From the NCBI GenBank assembly GCA_963842185.1, contig CAWJFL010000015.1, positions 1,233 through 65,232 of the forward strand: a stretch of 64,000 nt of DNA, in the 5' to 3' direction. This document shows positions 1 through 9,910 of the stretch, piece by piece. Position numbers and translations under genes: made by a program. Source of the DNA: an uncultured Verrucomicrobiae bacterium. Its GTDB lineage: Bacteria > Verrucomicrobiota > Verrucomicrobiia > Palsa-1439. A model generated the notes under the pieces. That model was not told the DNA's origin. It searched no databases and was given only the letters and a program-made list of their open reading frames with translations. Positions within the stretch are counted from its first letter, which is position 1. The number at the start of each line of letters is the position of its first letter.

Positions 1-300
1 GGCGGTTGGCGGATCGTGAAAACGATGGGCATGAAGATCACAAAACTGCGCCCCTACAATGGCGTCTGTGCCGAACTGGCGGCGGCCACGTCGCTCTTCG
101 CGTCAGCGTCGATGGGGATTCCCGTCAGCACGACGCACACCATCACGGGCGCGATTATCGGGGTCGGGGCGGTTCATCGCCTCTCGGCCGTCCGTTGGGG
201 TGTGGCCCGCCGCGTCGTCTGGGCATGGATATTGACCATCCCCTGCGCGGCGATAGTGGCGGCCGTGGTTTACCGGCTGCTCGTGCTGGTGCAACACTGA
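1..300 (+). CDS. PiT-family inorganic phosphate transporter, C-terminal fragment (5' end outside window)
   Basis: Frame open from base 1 (GGWRIVKTMGMKITKL...); TM-like hydrophobic segments and GIPVSTTHTITGAIIGVG motif typical of PitA/PiT. Confidence 0.8.
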   Translation, partial: GGWRIVKTMGMKITKLRPYNGVCAELAAATSLFASASMGIPVSTTHTITGAIIGVGAVHRLSAVRWGVARRVVWAWILTIPCAAIVAAVVYRLLVLVQH

Positions 301-361
301 CAATTCTCAGGGTGCGTCCGCATCGACTGCGTAACGACCGTGCGACAATTCGCCGACGCCG

Positions 362-2623
362 CTACGAGAGAACCGCCCCGGAGCTCGCATTGGTTACCAA
401 CCTCTGGTAGCGCGCAAGCCAGCCGGTCAACTCTCGTTTCACCGGTTGCCAGCTCTTCTTGCGTTCCGCCAATTCGGCTTCCGACACGAGTATGTCAATT
501 TTGCGATTCGGGAAATCGATACGGACCCGGTCGCCAGCCCGCAACAAGCCGATCGGGCCGCCCTCGCCAGCTTCGGGGCTGACGTGGCCAATGCAGGCGC
601 CCGCGGTGCCGCCGCTGAAGCGGCCATCGGTGATCAGCGCGACTTTGTCGCCCAGATCCATGCCGGCAATGTAGCTGGTCGGGCTGAGCATTTCCTGCAT
701 GCCCGGGCCGCCTTTGGGGCCTTCGTTGCGAATGATGACCACGTCGCCTGCTTTCACTTTGCCCGCGAGAATACCGGCGCAGGCATCCTCCTGGCTTTCA
801 AATATGACGCACGGTCCCTCGAAAATGAATTTCTCGCCACAATACTTCTTGAACGCCTCGCTGATACCGGCGGTCTTGATGACGCTGCCCTGCGGGGCGA
901 GTTGACCGTACAGAATCGCGAGTCCGCCATCCTTGGAGTAAGCGGTCGCGCCCGTGCGAATGCAGTCCGGCGCGTTGAACAGGAACGACGGATCATGCGG
1001 CATCAGTCCGGACGGTTCGGCCTTGGCCAGTTTCTTCGGATCGACGATGAACTCGGCCCGTTGGATGAAGTCGCCCTTGAATTTCGCAACGCGCACCAAC
1101 CCGAACCGGGTCTTCTCGCCAGTCTTGGCATAGCGCCAGAAGAGCAGGGCGGGTTCCTTGCGAAACGTCGCCAACTCGGCACGAACCAGGCCTTGCGCGG
1201 CGCGCATTTGTTCTTCGATGGCCGGACGGATTTCGGCGTGGCCGACGAGCACCTTGCCATCGGGCAATTTCAGTCTGGCTTTCGGGGCGTAGATGGCCAG
1301 TTGCACGTCGACGTCACCCGCGTTCCAGGCGGCGGCGTCGCGCCAGAGCACGACGGCGCGCTGGTCACCCGCATGGAACAACATCGGCTTGGGCGCGAGA
1401 TTGCCCGAAGCAGTGCGCGCGGCGTGGCCCATTTTGTCGTTGGGATCGACCACGATGGCCGACGCGCCGGACAGCCGCACGGTTTTTGCGATGGGCGAAC
1501 ATTTCTCGCTGCGGATGTCCCATTCCTCGATGTTCTGGCCGATGGTCTTGCCGGTCACGGTCTTGCATTTCAGATCGAGTGCGCCGAGGCGCTTTAGCTC
1601 GCCGAGAATGGTGTGGATGCCGCCAGCCCGCATCACGTCCTGCACGTGATAGTCCGACGACGGCGATACCTTGCACAGGCACGGCACGCGGCGCGAAATG
1701 GTGTCAATGCGCGCAATGTCGTAGGGGATACCGGCCTCGCGGGCGACAGCCAGTGTGTGCAGAACCGTATTCGTGGAACCGCCCATGGCGACGTCGAGCG
1801 CGAGCGCATTATCGAACGCAGCCAGCGTGGCGATGTCGCGCGGTTTCAGGTCCAATTCGACCAGTTTCACAATCATTTCCGCCGCGCGGCGATACAAAGC
1901 TTCGCGCTCTTTCGAGACGGCGAGGATGGTGCCATTGCCCGGCAGAGCGACGCCAAGCGCTTCACAAAGGCAGTTCATCGAGTTGGCGGTGAACATGCCG
2001 GAGCATGAGCCGCACGTAGGACACGCGGATTGCTCGAGCTTGGCGAGGTCGGCTTCGGTAATCTTGCCGGCTTGCAGTTCGCCCACCGCCTTGAAAACCG
2101 AAATAAGATCGGATTTCTTCGTTGCGCGCTGCAGATGTTCGGGCAATTCGCCCTGGGTGGCATGTTGGGCGATGCCGGCGGCCATCGGGCCGCCGCTGAC
2201 GAAAATCGTGGGGATATTCAGGCGCATGGCGCCCATCAACATGCCGGGCACGATCTTGTCGCAGTTCGGGATGCAGACCATGCCGTCGAAGCAGTGCGCA
2301 CGGATCATGGTCTCGACACAATCGGCGATGAGTTCGCGGGACGGCAGCGAGTATTTCATTCCGCCATGGCCCATCGCGATGCCGTCGTCCACGCCAATCG
2401 TGTTGAAAATGAACGGTACGCCGCCGGCTTCGCGCACGAGACGCTTGATGAGCTGCCCGACTTCGTTGAGGTGGGCGTGGCCGGGGATGCAGTCCGTGTA
2501 ACTGTTGGCGATCGCGATGAACGGCTTGTTGAAGTCGTCTTCGGATTCGATACTGCCGGTCGCCCGCAACAGGCTGCGATGCGGTGCGCGCTCGGCGCCG
2601 CGTTTGATTGTGTCCGATCTCAT
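362..2623 (-). CDS. ilvD: dihydroxy-acid dehydratase, unusually long (753 aa) with an internal insertion
   Basis: Canonical IlvD/Edd motifs: [57 protein letters not shown]; about 145 extra residues between aa ~371 and ~553. Confidence 0.95.
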   Translation of the reverse strand: MRSDTIKRGAERAPHRSLLRATGSIESEDDFNKPFIAIANSYTDCIPGHAHLNEVGQLIKRLVREAGGVPFIFNTIGVDDGIAMGHGGMKYSLPSRELIADCVETMIRAHCFDGMVCIPNCDKIVPGMLMGAMRLNIPTIFVSGGPMAAGIAQHATQGELPEHLQRATKKSDLISVFKAVGELQAGKITEADLAKLEQSACPTCGSCSGMFTANSMNCLCEALGVALPGNGTILAVSKEREALYRRAAEMIVKLVELDLKPRDIATLAAFDNALALDVAMGGSTNTVLHTLAVAREAGIPYDIARIDTISRRVPCLCKVSPSSDYHVQDVMRAGGIHTILGELKRLGALDLKCKTVTGKTIGQNIEEWDIRSEKCSPIAKTVRLSGASAIVVDPNDKMGHAARTASGNLAPKPMLFHAGDQRAVVLWRDAAAWNAGDVDVQLAIYAPKARLKLPDGKVLVGHAEIRPAIEEQMRAAQGLVRAELATFRKEPALLFWRYAKTGEKTRFGLVRVAKFKGDFIQRAEFIVDPKKLAKAEPSGLMPHDPSFLFNAPDCIRTGATAYSKDGGLAILYGQLAPQGSVIKTAGISEAFKKYCGEKFIFEGPCVIFESQEDACAGILAGKVKAGDVVIIRNEGPKGGPGMQEMLSPTSYIAGMDLGDKVALITDGRFSGGTAGACIGHVSPEAGEGGPIGLLRAGDRVRIDFPNRKIDILVSEAELAERKKSWQPVKRELTGWLARYQRLVTNASSGAVLS

Positions 2624-2653
2624 GGTAGGGACACTATACCGCGTTTTCCGTCG

Positions 2654-2811
2654 TTATCGCAACTCAAACGCGTGGGGTAGCAATTCCGAGAGGAGATGGA
2701 TGTGGACGCGGCGGGTGTTCCGGGAATCGGCACAGATGACGACCATCTCGCCGAACTCGGCCAATACCTGGCGACAGGCGCCACACGGGCTGAGCCCGTT
2801 GCTGGGAGCGA
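2654..2811 (-). pseudogene. orphan duplicate of the cytidine deaminase 3' end (about 52 codons)
   Basis: Minus-strand translation APSNGLSPCGACRQVLAEFGEMVVICADSRNTRRVHIHLLSELLPHAFELR* nearly identical to C-terminus of cdd at 3404..3560; no upstream cdd sequence attached. Confidence 0.8.
2672..2811. repeat. 140 bp direct repeat copy 1 (pairs with 3419..3558)
   Basis: Base-by-base alignment by eye shows about 130/140 identical positions with 3419..3558, same orientation. Confidence 0.85.
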
Positions 2812-2865
2812 GCGTGTTGCAGGAATCGGGTTTGGAACAATGCTACAATGGCTTCAGGCCGGTCG

Positions 2866-3396
2866 TCAGAGTTTGAATTCCCTTTGCAGGTTCGACGGGA
2901 CAAGTTGCTTCAACTGTGGCTGCACGTCCACCAATCGCAGGATGTCCAACCGATCCTTTTCACGCTTGGTTCGGCGGCGCGTCGGCTCACGATACGCGTC
3001 GATTTTGCTGGCCAGCAGGTCTTCCGGGGAAGCCACAAACATTTCGCGCTCCAGCACGACGGCTTTGCGTTTGCGCGGAAGAAAATCTTGCAAATGTTTG
3101 TCCATCTGGATTTGAATGCGAAGTCTCGATTGTGGATCGGTTAGATTGAGACTGTGCTCGAACCGCTCGACGCGGCATTGTTTGCGTAACTCTTTCGCCA
3201 GTTCTTCGACACGAGACGCGACAACGATTACGTCGCAATCCAGCGTGATCAGTGGCTCGGCGTACGCATTCACCGCCAGTCCGCCAATCACGCAGTAATC
3301 AATCTTAAGGTTGGCCAGCAGCGCCAGAAAGCGATCCAGAAAATCGCTCTTGTCTCCCGTCACCAGCTTCTGAAATTCCTTCGCGGTCACGGCCAA
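2866..3396 (-). CDS. minimal nucleotidyltransferase-fold protein (MNT/AbiEii-like), about 176 aa
   Basis: ORF 2866..3618 trimmed to TTG 3396 (or GTG 3390) just after cdd stop; NTase signature hG[GS]-x9-13-DxD: VIGGLAVNAYAEPLITLDCDVIV; N-terminal ORF extension overlaps cdd in another frame. Confidence 0.6.
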   Translation of the reverse strand: MAVTAKEFQKLVTGDKSDFLDRFLALLANLKIDYCVIGGLAVNAYAEPLITLDCDVIVVASRVEELAKELRKQCRVERFEHSLNLTDPQSRLRIQIQMDKHLQDFLPRKRKAVVLEREMFVASPEDLLASKIDAYREPTRRRTKREKDRLDILRLVDVQPQLKQLVPSNLQREFKL

Positions 3397-3403
3397 ATTG
3401 TTA

Positions 3404-3800
3404 TCACAGCTTGAAACTGTGGGGGAGCAATTCGGAGAGGAGATGGATGTGGACGCGGCGGGTGTTGCGGGAATCGGCACAGATGACGACCATTTCGCCG
3501 AACTCGGCCAGCACCTGGCGACAGGCGCCGCACGGGCTGAGCCCGTCGCTGGGGGCGACAACGGCGATGGCCTGAAATTTGCGGTGACCCTCGCTGACGG
3601 CTTTTCCCATCGCGACACGTTCCGCGCAATTGGTCAACCCGTAGCTGGCGTTCTCGACATTGACGCCCGTGTAGACCTTGCCGCTCTTCGTCAGGAGCGC
3701 CGCGCCGACACGGAATTTCGAATAGGGCGCATGGGCATTCCGTCTGCGCTGCCGTGGCGGCGGCGATCAGTTTGCGGAACTTGTGCGGAGCGGATTTCAT
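3404..3800 (-). CDS. cdd: cytidine deaminase with an apparent 1-nt frame disruption near 3735-3745
   Basis: Start frame MKSAPHKFRKLIAAATAAQ then shifted frame NAHAPYSKFRVGAALLTKSGKVYTGVNVENASYGLTNCAERVAMGKAVSEG...SPCGACRQVLAEF (CAE and PCGxCRQ zinc motifs); ATGA overlap with punA stop. Confidence 0.85.
3419..3558. repeat. 140 bp direct repeat copy 2 (inside cdd 3' end)
   Basis: See 2672..2811. Confidence 0.85.
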
Positions 3801-4613
3801 AGCGACCCGATGAATTCGGTCAGGAGTTTTGCCAGGTTGCCCTGCGCCGCCCGGCCCACTTCCAGCACTTCATCGTGAGACAGTTTCTTGCTGGAGATGC
3901 CGGCCGCGAGGTTGGTGATGCAGGAAACGCCGGCGACCTCGATATTGTGATAGCGCGCCACGATGACTTCGGGCACGGTGCTCATGCCCACGGCGTCCGC
4001 GCCGATCCAGGCAAACGCCTTGATCTCGGCGGGTGTCTCGTAGCTCGGCCCTGTCGTGGCCAGATAGACGCCACGCCAGATCGGGACCTGTTGCTTTTCC
4101 GCGGCGGTGTCGAGTTTCTCGCGTAAGCGCGGCGAGTAGGCCTGCGTCATGTCGATGAATTTGATGCCGCCGTCGCCGTTGATGCCGCCGATGAGTGGGT
4201 TGATCCCCAACTGATTGATGTGGTCTTCGATGACCATGAGGTCACCGGGCTTGTATTGCGGGTTGATGCCGCCGGCGGCATTCGTGACGATGAGAATTTT
4301 CACACCCAGCGCATCGACCACATTGATGGGATAGGTGATCTCGGCGGGACTGCGCCCTTCGTATCGATGAAACCGTCCGCTGAGCACCATCAGTTTTTTG
4401 CCCGCCAACTCGCCGAAAATCATCTGCCCGGCATGACCCGCGACCGTCGGCTTGGGGAAATGGGGAATGTCGGTGTAGGGGATGACCATTGGCTTGGCAA
4501 CGCCCTGCGTGATGCCGCCCAGGCCCGACCCCACCACCAACGCCACGTCCGGCTTGAAACCCGGCCAGTTTTGCATCCAAAAATTCCTTCGTCTCTTTTA
4601 CGTTCGCCATCAT
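3797..4613 (-). CDS. punA: purine nucleoside phosphorylase (trimeric PNP family); N-terminal 13 codons in a different frame (possible indel near 4555-4565) or start at 4576
   Basis: GSGLGG, VTNAAGGINPQYKPGDLMVIEDHIN, GPSYETPAE, MSTVPEV motifs; upstream frame MMANVKETKEFLDAKL resembles PNP N-terminal helix. Confidence 0.9.
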
Positions 4614-4626
4614 CGGAATGAATCCC

Positions 4627-5943
4627 TTACCCTATTTTCTGCACGATCAACGGCAGCCGCGTCGTGACGGGTTTTTCTTCGATCTTGTACGCTTGTTGCA
4701 CCATATGCTCGGCCTCGGCAGCGCGTGTCGTATCGTTGTAATGCATGATCATCAACGGTTCGCCCGCCGTCACGGCATCGCCGATCTTCTTCGGTTGTTC
4801 GAAGCCGACCGCAAAATCGATCTTATCGGCCGAAACCTTGCGTCCGCCGCCGAGCGCGATCACGGCATAGCCGATCTGGTCGCATTCGATTGCCTGCACA
4901 AAACCGGATTTCGGCGCGGCAATCGGCCTGGTCTGCTTGGCCTTTGGCAATCGCTTTACATCGTCGCAGACTTTGGCGTCACCGCCTTGGGCGGCGATCA
5001 TCTCGGCGAATTTCCGCAACGCTTCACCGCTGGCAAGTTTCTTTTGCAGCATTTGCCGCGCGTCTGCAACATTTTTCGCCACGCCGGCCATCAGCAGCAT
5101 CTCGGCGGACAGTGCGAGTGTGACCTCCATCAAATCATTTGCCTGAGCCGAACCGTTCATTAACTCGATGCACTCGCGCACTTCGAGCGCGTTACCGATT
5201 TTCTGTCCGAGCGGCTGGTTCATGTCGGTCTGTAACGCGCATACTTTCTTGCCGTAGCGTTTACCGACCTCAACCATGGCCCGGGCCAACTCCGCCGACG
5301 TCTCGCGGGTCCGCATGAACGCGCCGCTGCCCCATTTGACGTCGAGCACCAGACCGTCCACGTTTTCCGCCAGTTTCTTGCACATGATGCTGGCAACGAT
5401 CAACGGCAAACACGAAACGGTGGCTGTGACATCGCGCAGCGCATACAGCTTTTTGTCGGCGGGAGCGATCTCGGCCGTCTGGCCGATCATACAAGCGCCG
5501 ACCTCGTCCGTGATCTGCTGGAACTTGTCGAGCGGCAGATTCACGTTGAAGCCGGATATGCTTTCCAGTTTGTCGAGCGTGCCACCCGTTGGGCCGAGTC
5601 CACGCCCCGAAATCATCGGCACTTTCACGCCGCAACAGGCCACAAGCGGTGCGATGATCAACGATGTCTTGTCCCCGATGCCACCCGTGCTGTGTTTGTC
5701 GGCGTAGAAAGCGCCACGCTGCCGCTTCCATTCCACGATCTTGCCGCTGGCGATCATCGCGCGGGTCAGCCACATCGTTTCGTCGAAATTCATCCCTTGG
5801 AAGCAAATGGCCATCGCCATCGCCGACATCTGGTAGTCGGGAAGTTCGCCGCTGGTGAATCCGTTGATGAAAAAACGGATTTCTTCTTCGGTCAGCGCAT
5901 GTCCATCGCGCTTCTTCTGGATGATTTGGGCCGGCAGGATCAC
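4627..5943 (-). CDS. deoA: thymidine/pyrimidine-nucleoside phosphorylase
   Basis: 438 aa; KKRDG, HSTGGIGDKTSLIIAPL, SGRGLGPTGGTLDKLE motifs. Confidence 0.95.
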   Translation of the reverse strand: MILPAQIIQKKRDGHALTEEEIRFFINGFTSGELPDYQMSAMAMAICFQGMNFDETMWLTRAMIASGKIVEWKRQRGAFYADKHSTGGIGDKTSLIIAPLVACCGVKVPMISGRGLGPTGGTLDKLESISGFNVNLPLDKFQQITDEVGACMIGQTAEIAPADKKLYALRDVTATVSCLPLIVASIMCKKLAENVDGLVLDVKWGSGAFMRTRETSAELARAMVEVGKRYGKKVCALQTDMNQPLGQKIGNALEVRECIELMNGSAQANDLMEVTLALSAEMLLMAGVAKNVADARQMLQKKLASGEALRKFAEMIAAQGGDAKVCDDVKRLPKAKQTRPIAAPKSGFVQAIECDQIGYAVIALGGGRKVSADKIDFAVGFEQPKKIGDAVTAGEPLMIMHYNDTTRAAEAEHMVQQAYKIEEKPVTTRLPLIVQKIG

Positions 5944-6082
5944 GCGATTAGCTTTCGAATTGTGATTTCACACGCAATGTGGCACGGTTCGTTTCGAACG
6001 CTGATTCTAGGACGACTTGCGAAAATGGCAATGGAATTAGAGAGATATAAGCGCACACGCGTCTTAAGCGATAGGGCGATGT

Positions 6083-6307
6083 ATGGCGACTAAAGAAACG
6101 ATCTATGTTGCGTTGCTCGATGAAGGGGTAGACGTGTGGCGTCCTGTCGAGGCGATTCACGAACATGACGACGTCTATTCCATCGTGAGCGTGAATTCCG
6201 ATCCCGAGGACGAGCACTGGCAATTTCACACGGGTGAAGCAGTTCGCTGCAGGCGAAAGACTTTCGAGGGCGGCGCGACAGGCATGGTCGCCTATGAGAA
6301 GGCCTGA
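6083..6307 (+). CDS. hypothetical small acidic protein (74 aa)
   Basis: Only an ORF in a lower-GC spacer between deoA and polB; no recognisable motif. Confidence 0.4.
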   Translation: MATKETIYVALLDEGVDVWRPVEAIHEHDDVYSIVSVNSDPEDEHWQFHTGEAVRCRRKTFEGGATGMVAYEKA

Positions 6308-6341
6308 TAACTTCGCTCAACGCCACGGCTGAATTTAAGCA

Positions 6342-8396
6342 TTACCCTGCCAGCATCTCGGCAAATTTCTTATACAGCGACTTTAGTTTATCGAGGTAGT
6401 AATCGATGTTTTCGTCGCGGCGGGCGGGGTTGAAGTCGACGGCGAGTTTGCAGTTGTCGTAGACGCTGACACGTTTACCGTCGCCAGTGACGTAGTAGGT
6501 GATCTGGTCGCCGGGTTGATACAGACGGCCTGATTTCAGGGCCAATTCGTAGGCGGCACTACGATTACGGGCCGATTTCGCGATCTTCTGTTGATACGCA
6601 TCGAGCGTGTCCTGGAGCGTCTCCGTCTTCGCGAGTATGTCGATGCGGAACTGCCCGCGCTCGATCTTCTGGCAGTAATCCTCGTAAAGCTGCGGCACTT
6701 TCTTCGCTTCGCCCCGGAGCGCGAGCGTCAGCATCTCTTCAAGGAACTGGCGTTGGAACTTTTCCAGGCCGCGCGAGCGAAGCGCCGAGCCGGTCACGTG
6801 AAGTTTTCCCTCGCCGTCCAGCAACGCGTAGTTTTTCATCTTGTAGCTGAACATCGCGGGGAACTGCCCATCGATCTCGACATCGACGCCTTTCGGCAAC
6901 GCTTCCTGCAACTCGCGTTCGAGAGTCTTTGGATCGGATTTGGGCGGCGGGACAAAATACAAGCCGTCGGTGTCGATTTCGATGACGCGGGCGCCGCATT
7001 TCTGCAGCCAATCGAGCATCGTCTTGAGGGTTTCGCGGCCTTTGGCGGTGACCTCCTCGGCGGCGTTGAAATCGACGAAGTGCGCCTGCGAGAAGCCGAG
7101 ATAGCCGTAGAACGAGTTGATGAGAATCTTGAAGGTCTGTTGCATCGCGTCGAGGTGCCGACGCTGGGTGTCGTCCGTCGCGGTTTTGGCGTCGGCTTTG
7201 GCCTTCAACCGGAACTGCCGCAGGTCGCGGAGCAACGGCAGGAACAGGTTCAACTCGTCGCCGCGCGGTTTGATGTCGAACGCCAGCATCAGCGACGGAT
7301 ACAGCGATTGCACGTCGCAATGCCACACGTTGCGAACGATGCCTTCGTGAAACACGTCCGTGTAACCGCCGGCAAACGGGCGCGGTTCGCCGAACCGCGG
7401 GATGGTGTGGCGCTGGTGCAGGTATTCGCGCAGAAAGAGCGTGTCGATCTTTGTTGCGTTGCCGCGCACGACCACGTCCTGATAGCTGTACGGGAAGACC
7501 TGCGCCTGGACGAAGTAGCTCGGGCTGAGCAGGTCGCTGATTCGCCGCACGGCCTCCGCGCCCGGTTCCTTCACGCCGAAATGTGCGGCGACCTCGGTGA
7601 GTTCGAAGCCTTCCAGTTCGCGCGTCGAGACATCGTAGAACACCGCGAGCAGGAACGTGTCGACGACGTGCCGCCCGTGGATTTCATATTTGGGGTACTG
7701 GATCGTGCGCTCGGCGATTTGGACGCGCGATTGCCGGGAGCGGAGCACGGAGCCGTCGCGTCCCAGTTTCAATGGAACGCGTGCGACGCGGGCGCGCGCG
7801 GTGAGCTGCGTCAACGCCGCGCGGAAAACATCGTGGCCTTCAATTACGTCGGGATCGCGGTCGCGAATGGTGTCGACGAATTTCTTGAGAATTTGTGCTT
7901 CCGTTCCGGTGAGTTCGAGTTGCCGGCCCCGGTTATCGCAAAGCTGCACGGCTTGCAAGGTGTCGTCGTCGTCGGCCACGACCGCCAATTGGAGGCGGTT
8001 AATCTGATCGAAGCGCAAGCCTTTGAATGAGGTGCGGCCGGTGATCATCAGATATTGTTGGACGGGGTCGTTGACGGCAAAGTACGAGGTGATGCCGAGG
8101 AACTTTCGCGCCTGCTGAAAATCCATCCACGACTGGAATTTTGCCAGGAGTTTGAAGACGCCGTGACCGTCCAGCGGCAGGTATTCGACCTTGCGATCGA
8201 ACCCTTGCAGGTAGACCTGCTCGGTGAGCCAGAGAAACGGTTGGAACGGCTGCGTTTCGGTGGCCAGTGCGCCGTCGAGCCGGCGGAAGACAGTGATTTG
8301 TGAATCGCCCGCAGGTTCGGCGCCGACGATGGATGAAGTGTCGTCGCGCCCGAACAGCAGCCGGTTCTCGGCGAAGGTGGCCGCGCTCGGTTTCAC
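6342..8396 (-). CDS. family B DNA polymerase (684 aa) with degenerate exonuclease motifs
   Basis: Motif A DVQSLYPSLM, motif B KILINSFYGYLG, motif C IEIDTDGLYF, KMKNYALL; expected Exo I/II positions read LAVVADDDD and GHDVFRAAL. Confidence 0.85.
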   Translation of the reverse strand: MKPSAATFAENRLLFGRDDTSSIVGAEPAGDSQITVFRRLDGALATETQPFQPFLWLTEQVYLQGFDRKVEYLPLDGHGVFKLLAKFQSWMDFQQARKFLGITSYFAVNDPVQQYLMITGRTSFKGLRFDQINRLQLAVVADDDDTLQAVQLCDNRGRQLELTGTEAQILKKFVDTIRDRDPDVIEGHDVFRAALTQLTARARVARVPLKLGRDGSVLRSRQSRVQIAERTIQYPKYEIHGRHVVDTFLLAVFYDVSTRELEGFELTEVAAHFGVKEPGAEAVRRISDLLSPSYFVQAQVFPYSYQDVVVRGNATKIDTLFLREYLHQRHTIPRFGEPRPFAGGYTDVFHEGIVRNVWHCDVQSLYPSLMLAFDIKPRGDELNLFLPLLRDLRQFRLKAKADAKTATDDTQRRHLDAMQQTFKILINSFYGYLGFSQAHFVDFNAAEEVTAKGRETLKTMLDWLQKCGARVIEIDTDGLYFVPPPKSDPKTLERELQEALPKGVDVEIDGQFPAMFSYKMKNYALLDGEGKLHVTGSALRSRGLEKFQRQFLEEMLTLALRGEAKKVPQLYEDYCQKIERGQFRIDILAKTETLQDTLDAYQQKIAKSARNRSAAYELALKSGRLYQPGDQITYYVTGDGKRVSVYDNCKLAVDFNPARRDENIDYYLDKLKSLYKKFAEMLAG

Positions 8397-8467
8397 GTCG
8401 GCACTATAGCAGAAACGGCCTGTTCCGAAAGACTTCGGGACAGGCCGTGACGGCGAAGACGGACGGG

Positions 8468-8848
8468 CTATTTCAGATCAGCCCAGCAGAATATGATGCG
8501 GTATATATTGGTAGCGAAGGTAGTAATCTGCTGCCACATACAACCCAATGGGCCGAGCTTGTCTACGTCGCCGCATTGAATTGTGCCACCGGCCTGAATC
8601 ATGTCGGCTTGGGCGGCCAACTCGCTGAGTTGTTGGCCGCTGAGCTGCGAGAGGCGCGCGCGCGCCTGCTGGGTGGTCAAGCCGACGGCTTGGAGCCGGC
8701 CGGCAACAATCTGTTCGCCAAACATCGCATCGACCTTCTGGTACGCAGTCGACGCGCCCGCGGAAACGACGGATTCGCTCGGGGCGGCAAAACCCAGGGA
8801 CGCACTAAGGCTGATGGCGGATACGGCAGCAAGATGCGCTATCTTCAT
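8468..8848 (-). CDS. secreted small protein (signal peptide), possibly PA2779-like family
   Basis: N-terminal MKIAHLAAVSAISLSASLGFA signal-like segment; LSQLSGQQLSELAAQADMIQAGG pattern recalled from PA2779-type proteins (memory only). Confidence 0.5.
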   Translation of the reverse strand: MKIAHLAAVSAISLSASLGFAAPSESVVSAGASTAYQKVDAMFGEQIVAGRLQAVGLTTQQARARLSQLSGQQLSELAAQADMIQAGGTIQCGDVDKLGPLGCMWQQITTFATNIYRIIFCWADLK

Positions 8849-8945
8849 AATAATGCCTCCGAAAACTTAAAGCACAATACAGCCGGGACGTGTGTCAGAC
8901 AAGAAAATTCTGTCCCACCTCAACATGCGGCAGTGCGGGCGACCA

Positions 8946-9830
8946 TTAGCGTGCGCCAGACGGGGCAGATTTCGGCATAGCGTGTAAAGTCGGCGGCGGG
9001 ATTTTTTCGCCCATCGCATTCAGAAATTCGACGGAAGCCCGGGCGACTTCGGCGGCGCGATGGCTGTGGCGGGGGAGTTCGACATTAATGAGGCCATTGT
9101 ACTTGTTGTCGTTGAGCACGCGGAGGATGGCGACGAAATCCAGTTCGCCCTCGCCGAACATCAGATGCTCGTGCTTGCGGTCGCGAACGTCTTCGATGTG
9201 GATGTTGCGGATGAGGTTGGCGAACTTGCCATAGACCTGACGAAACGGGGCGGTCTCGGTGCAGAAGACGTGGCCGATGTCCATCGTCAGGCCGAACCGG
9301 GCGCTGGTGATATGTTTTTTGAGGACCTCGAATTTGGCCATATCATCGACGAGCATTCCCGGCTCGGGCTCGAAGGCGAGTTGCACGCCGCGGCGTTTGG
9401 AATGCTCGGCCAGTTGCAGGCAGCCCGTAACCAGCCAGTCCCACGCCTGGTGCTCGGAAACTTCCGGGTCGGGTGCTCCCGACCAGAAGCTGACGCATTC
9501 GGCGTGCAGGTCGGCGGCGATGTCGACCGCGCGCCGCAGGAACTCAAGGCGGATTTGGCGTCCTTCACTGCTGACGAGCGTGGGATAGCGCTCCCGCTGC
9601 GGGTTGAGGAGGTAGCGCGCCCCGGTTTCGATCACCACGCGGAATTGCAGTTTGTCCAGGAGCTGATGGAGTCGGCTGAGATCGGCGGGCTCGACGGTGA
9701 ACGGGTTACAGTGATAGTTGTCCAACGTCAGCGCGACGCCGCGATAGCCGCAGTCGGCGATGATCTCCAGCGCATCTTCGAGTTTGTGTTGGGCAAACCC
9801 GTTTGTATTGTAACCGAAACTCAGGTTCAT
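8946..9830 (-). CDS. sugar phosphate isomerase/epimerase (xylose isomerase-like TIM barrel)
   Basis: ORF 8946..9950 trimmed to MNLSFGYNTNGF start; typical TIM-barrel pattern with HIEDV / GEGELDF segments. Confidence 0.75.
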   Translation of the reverse strand: MNLSFGYNTNGFAQHKLEDALEIIADCGYRGVALTLDNYHCNPFTVEPADLSRLHQLLDKLQFRVVIETGARYLLNPQRERYPTLVSSEGRQIRLEFLRRAVDIAADLHAECVSFWSGAPDPEVSEHQAWDWLVTGCLQLAEHSKRRGVQLAFEPEPGMLVDDMAKFEVLKKHITSARFGLTMDIGHVFCTETAPFRQVYGKFANLIRNIHIEDVRDRKHEHLMFGEGELDFVAILRVLNDNKYNGLINVELPRHSHRAAEVARASVEFLNAMGEKIPPPTLHAMPKSAPSGAR

Positions 9831-9910
9831 CTCGCCTGCCTCGAACGACGACTTGCCCGGACCGATCCGGCTCGAAAAATAGCGCGAGTCTGTTAGATTT
9901 GCCAGACCAA

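Noticed and set aside
965-1513. IlvD insertion as a mini-intein
   Set aside because: There is no Cys/Ser/Thr at the N-terminal junction, no His-Asn followed by Cys/Ser/Thr at the C-terminal junction, and no intein block motifs.
2624-2640. GGTAGGGACACTATACC directly upstream of the ilvD start as a seventh copy of the palindromic motif
   Set aside because: Only the GGTAGGG and TACC ends match. The spacing and centre differ, and it abuts the start codon. It is too weak to count.
2866-3618. The full 250-aa ORF as the nucleotidyltransferase gene
   Set aside because: Its first about 75 codons overlap cdd in another frame and are Pro/Ala/Ser-rich noise. The homology-like part starts at TTG 3396 or GTG 3390, just after the cdd stop.
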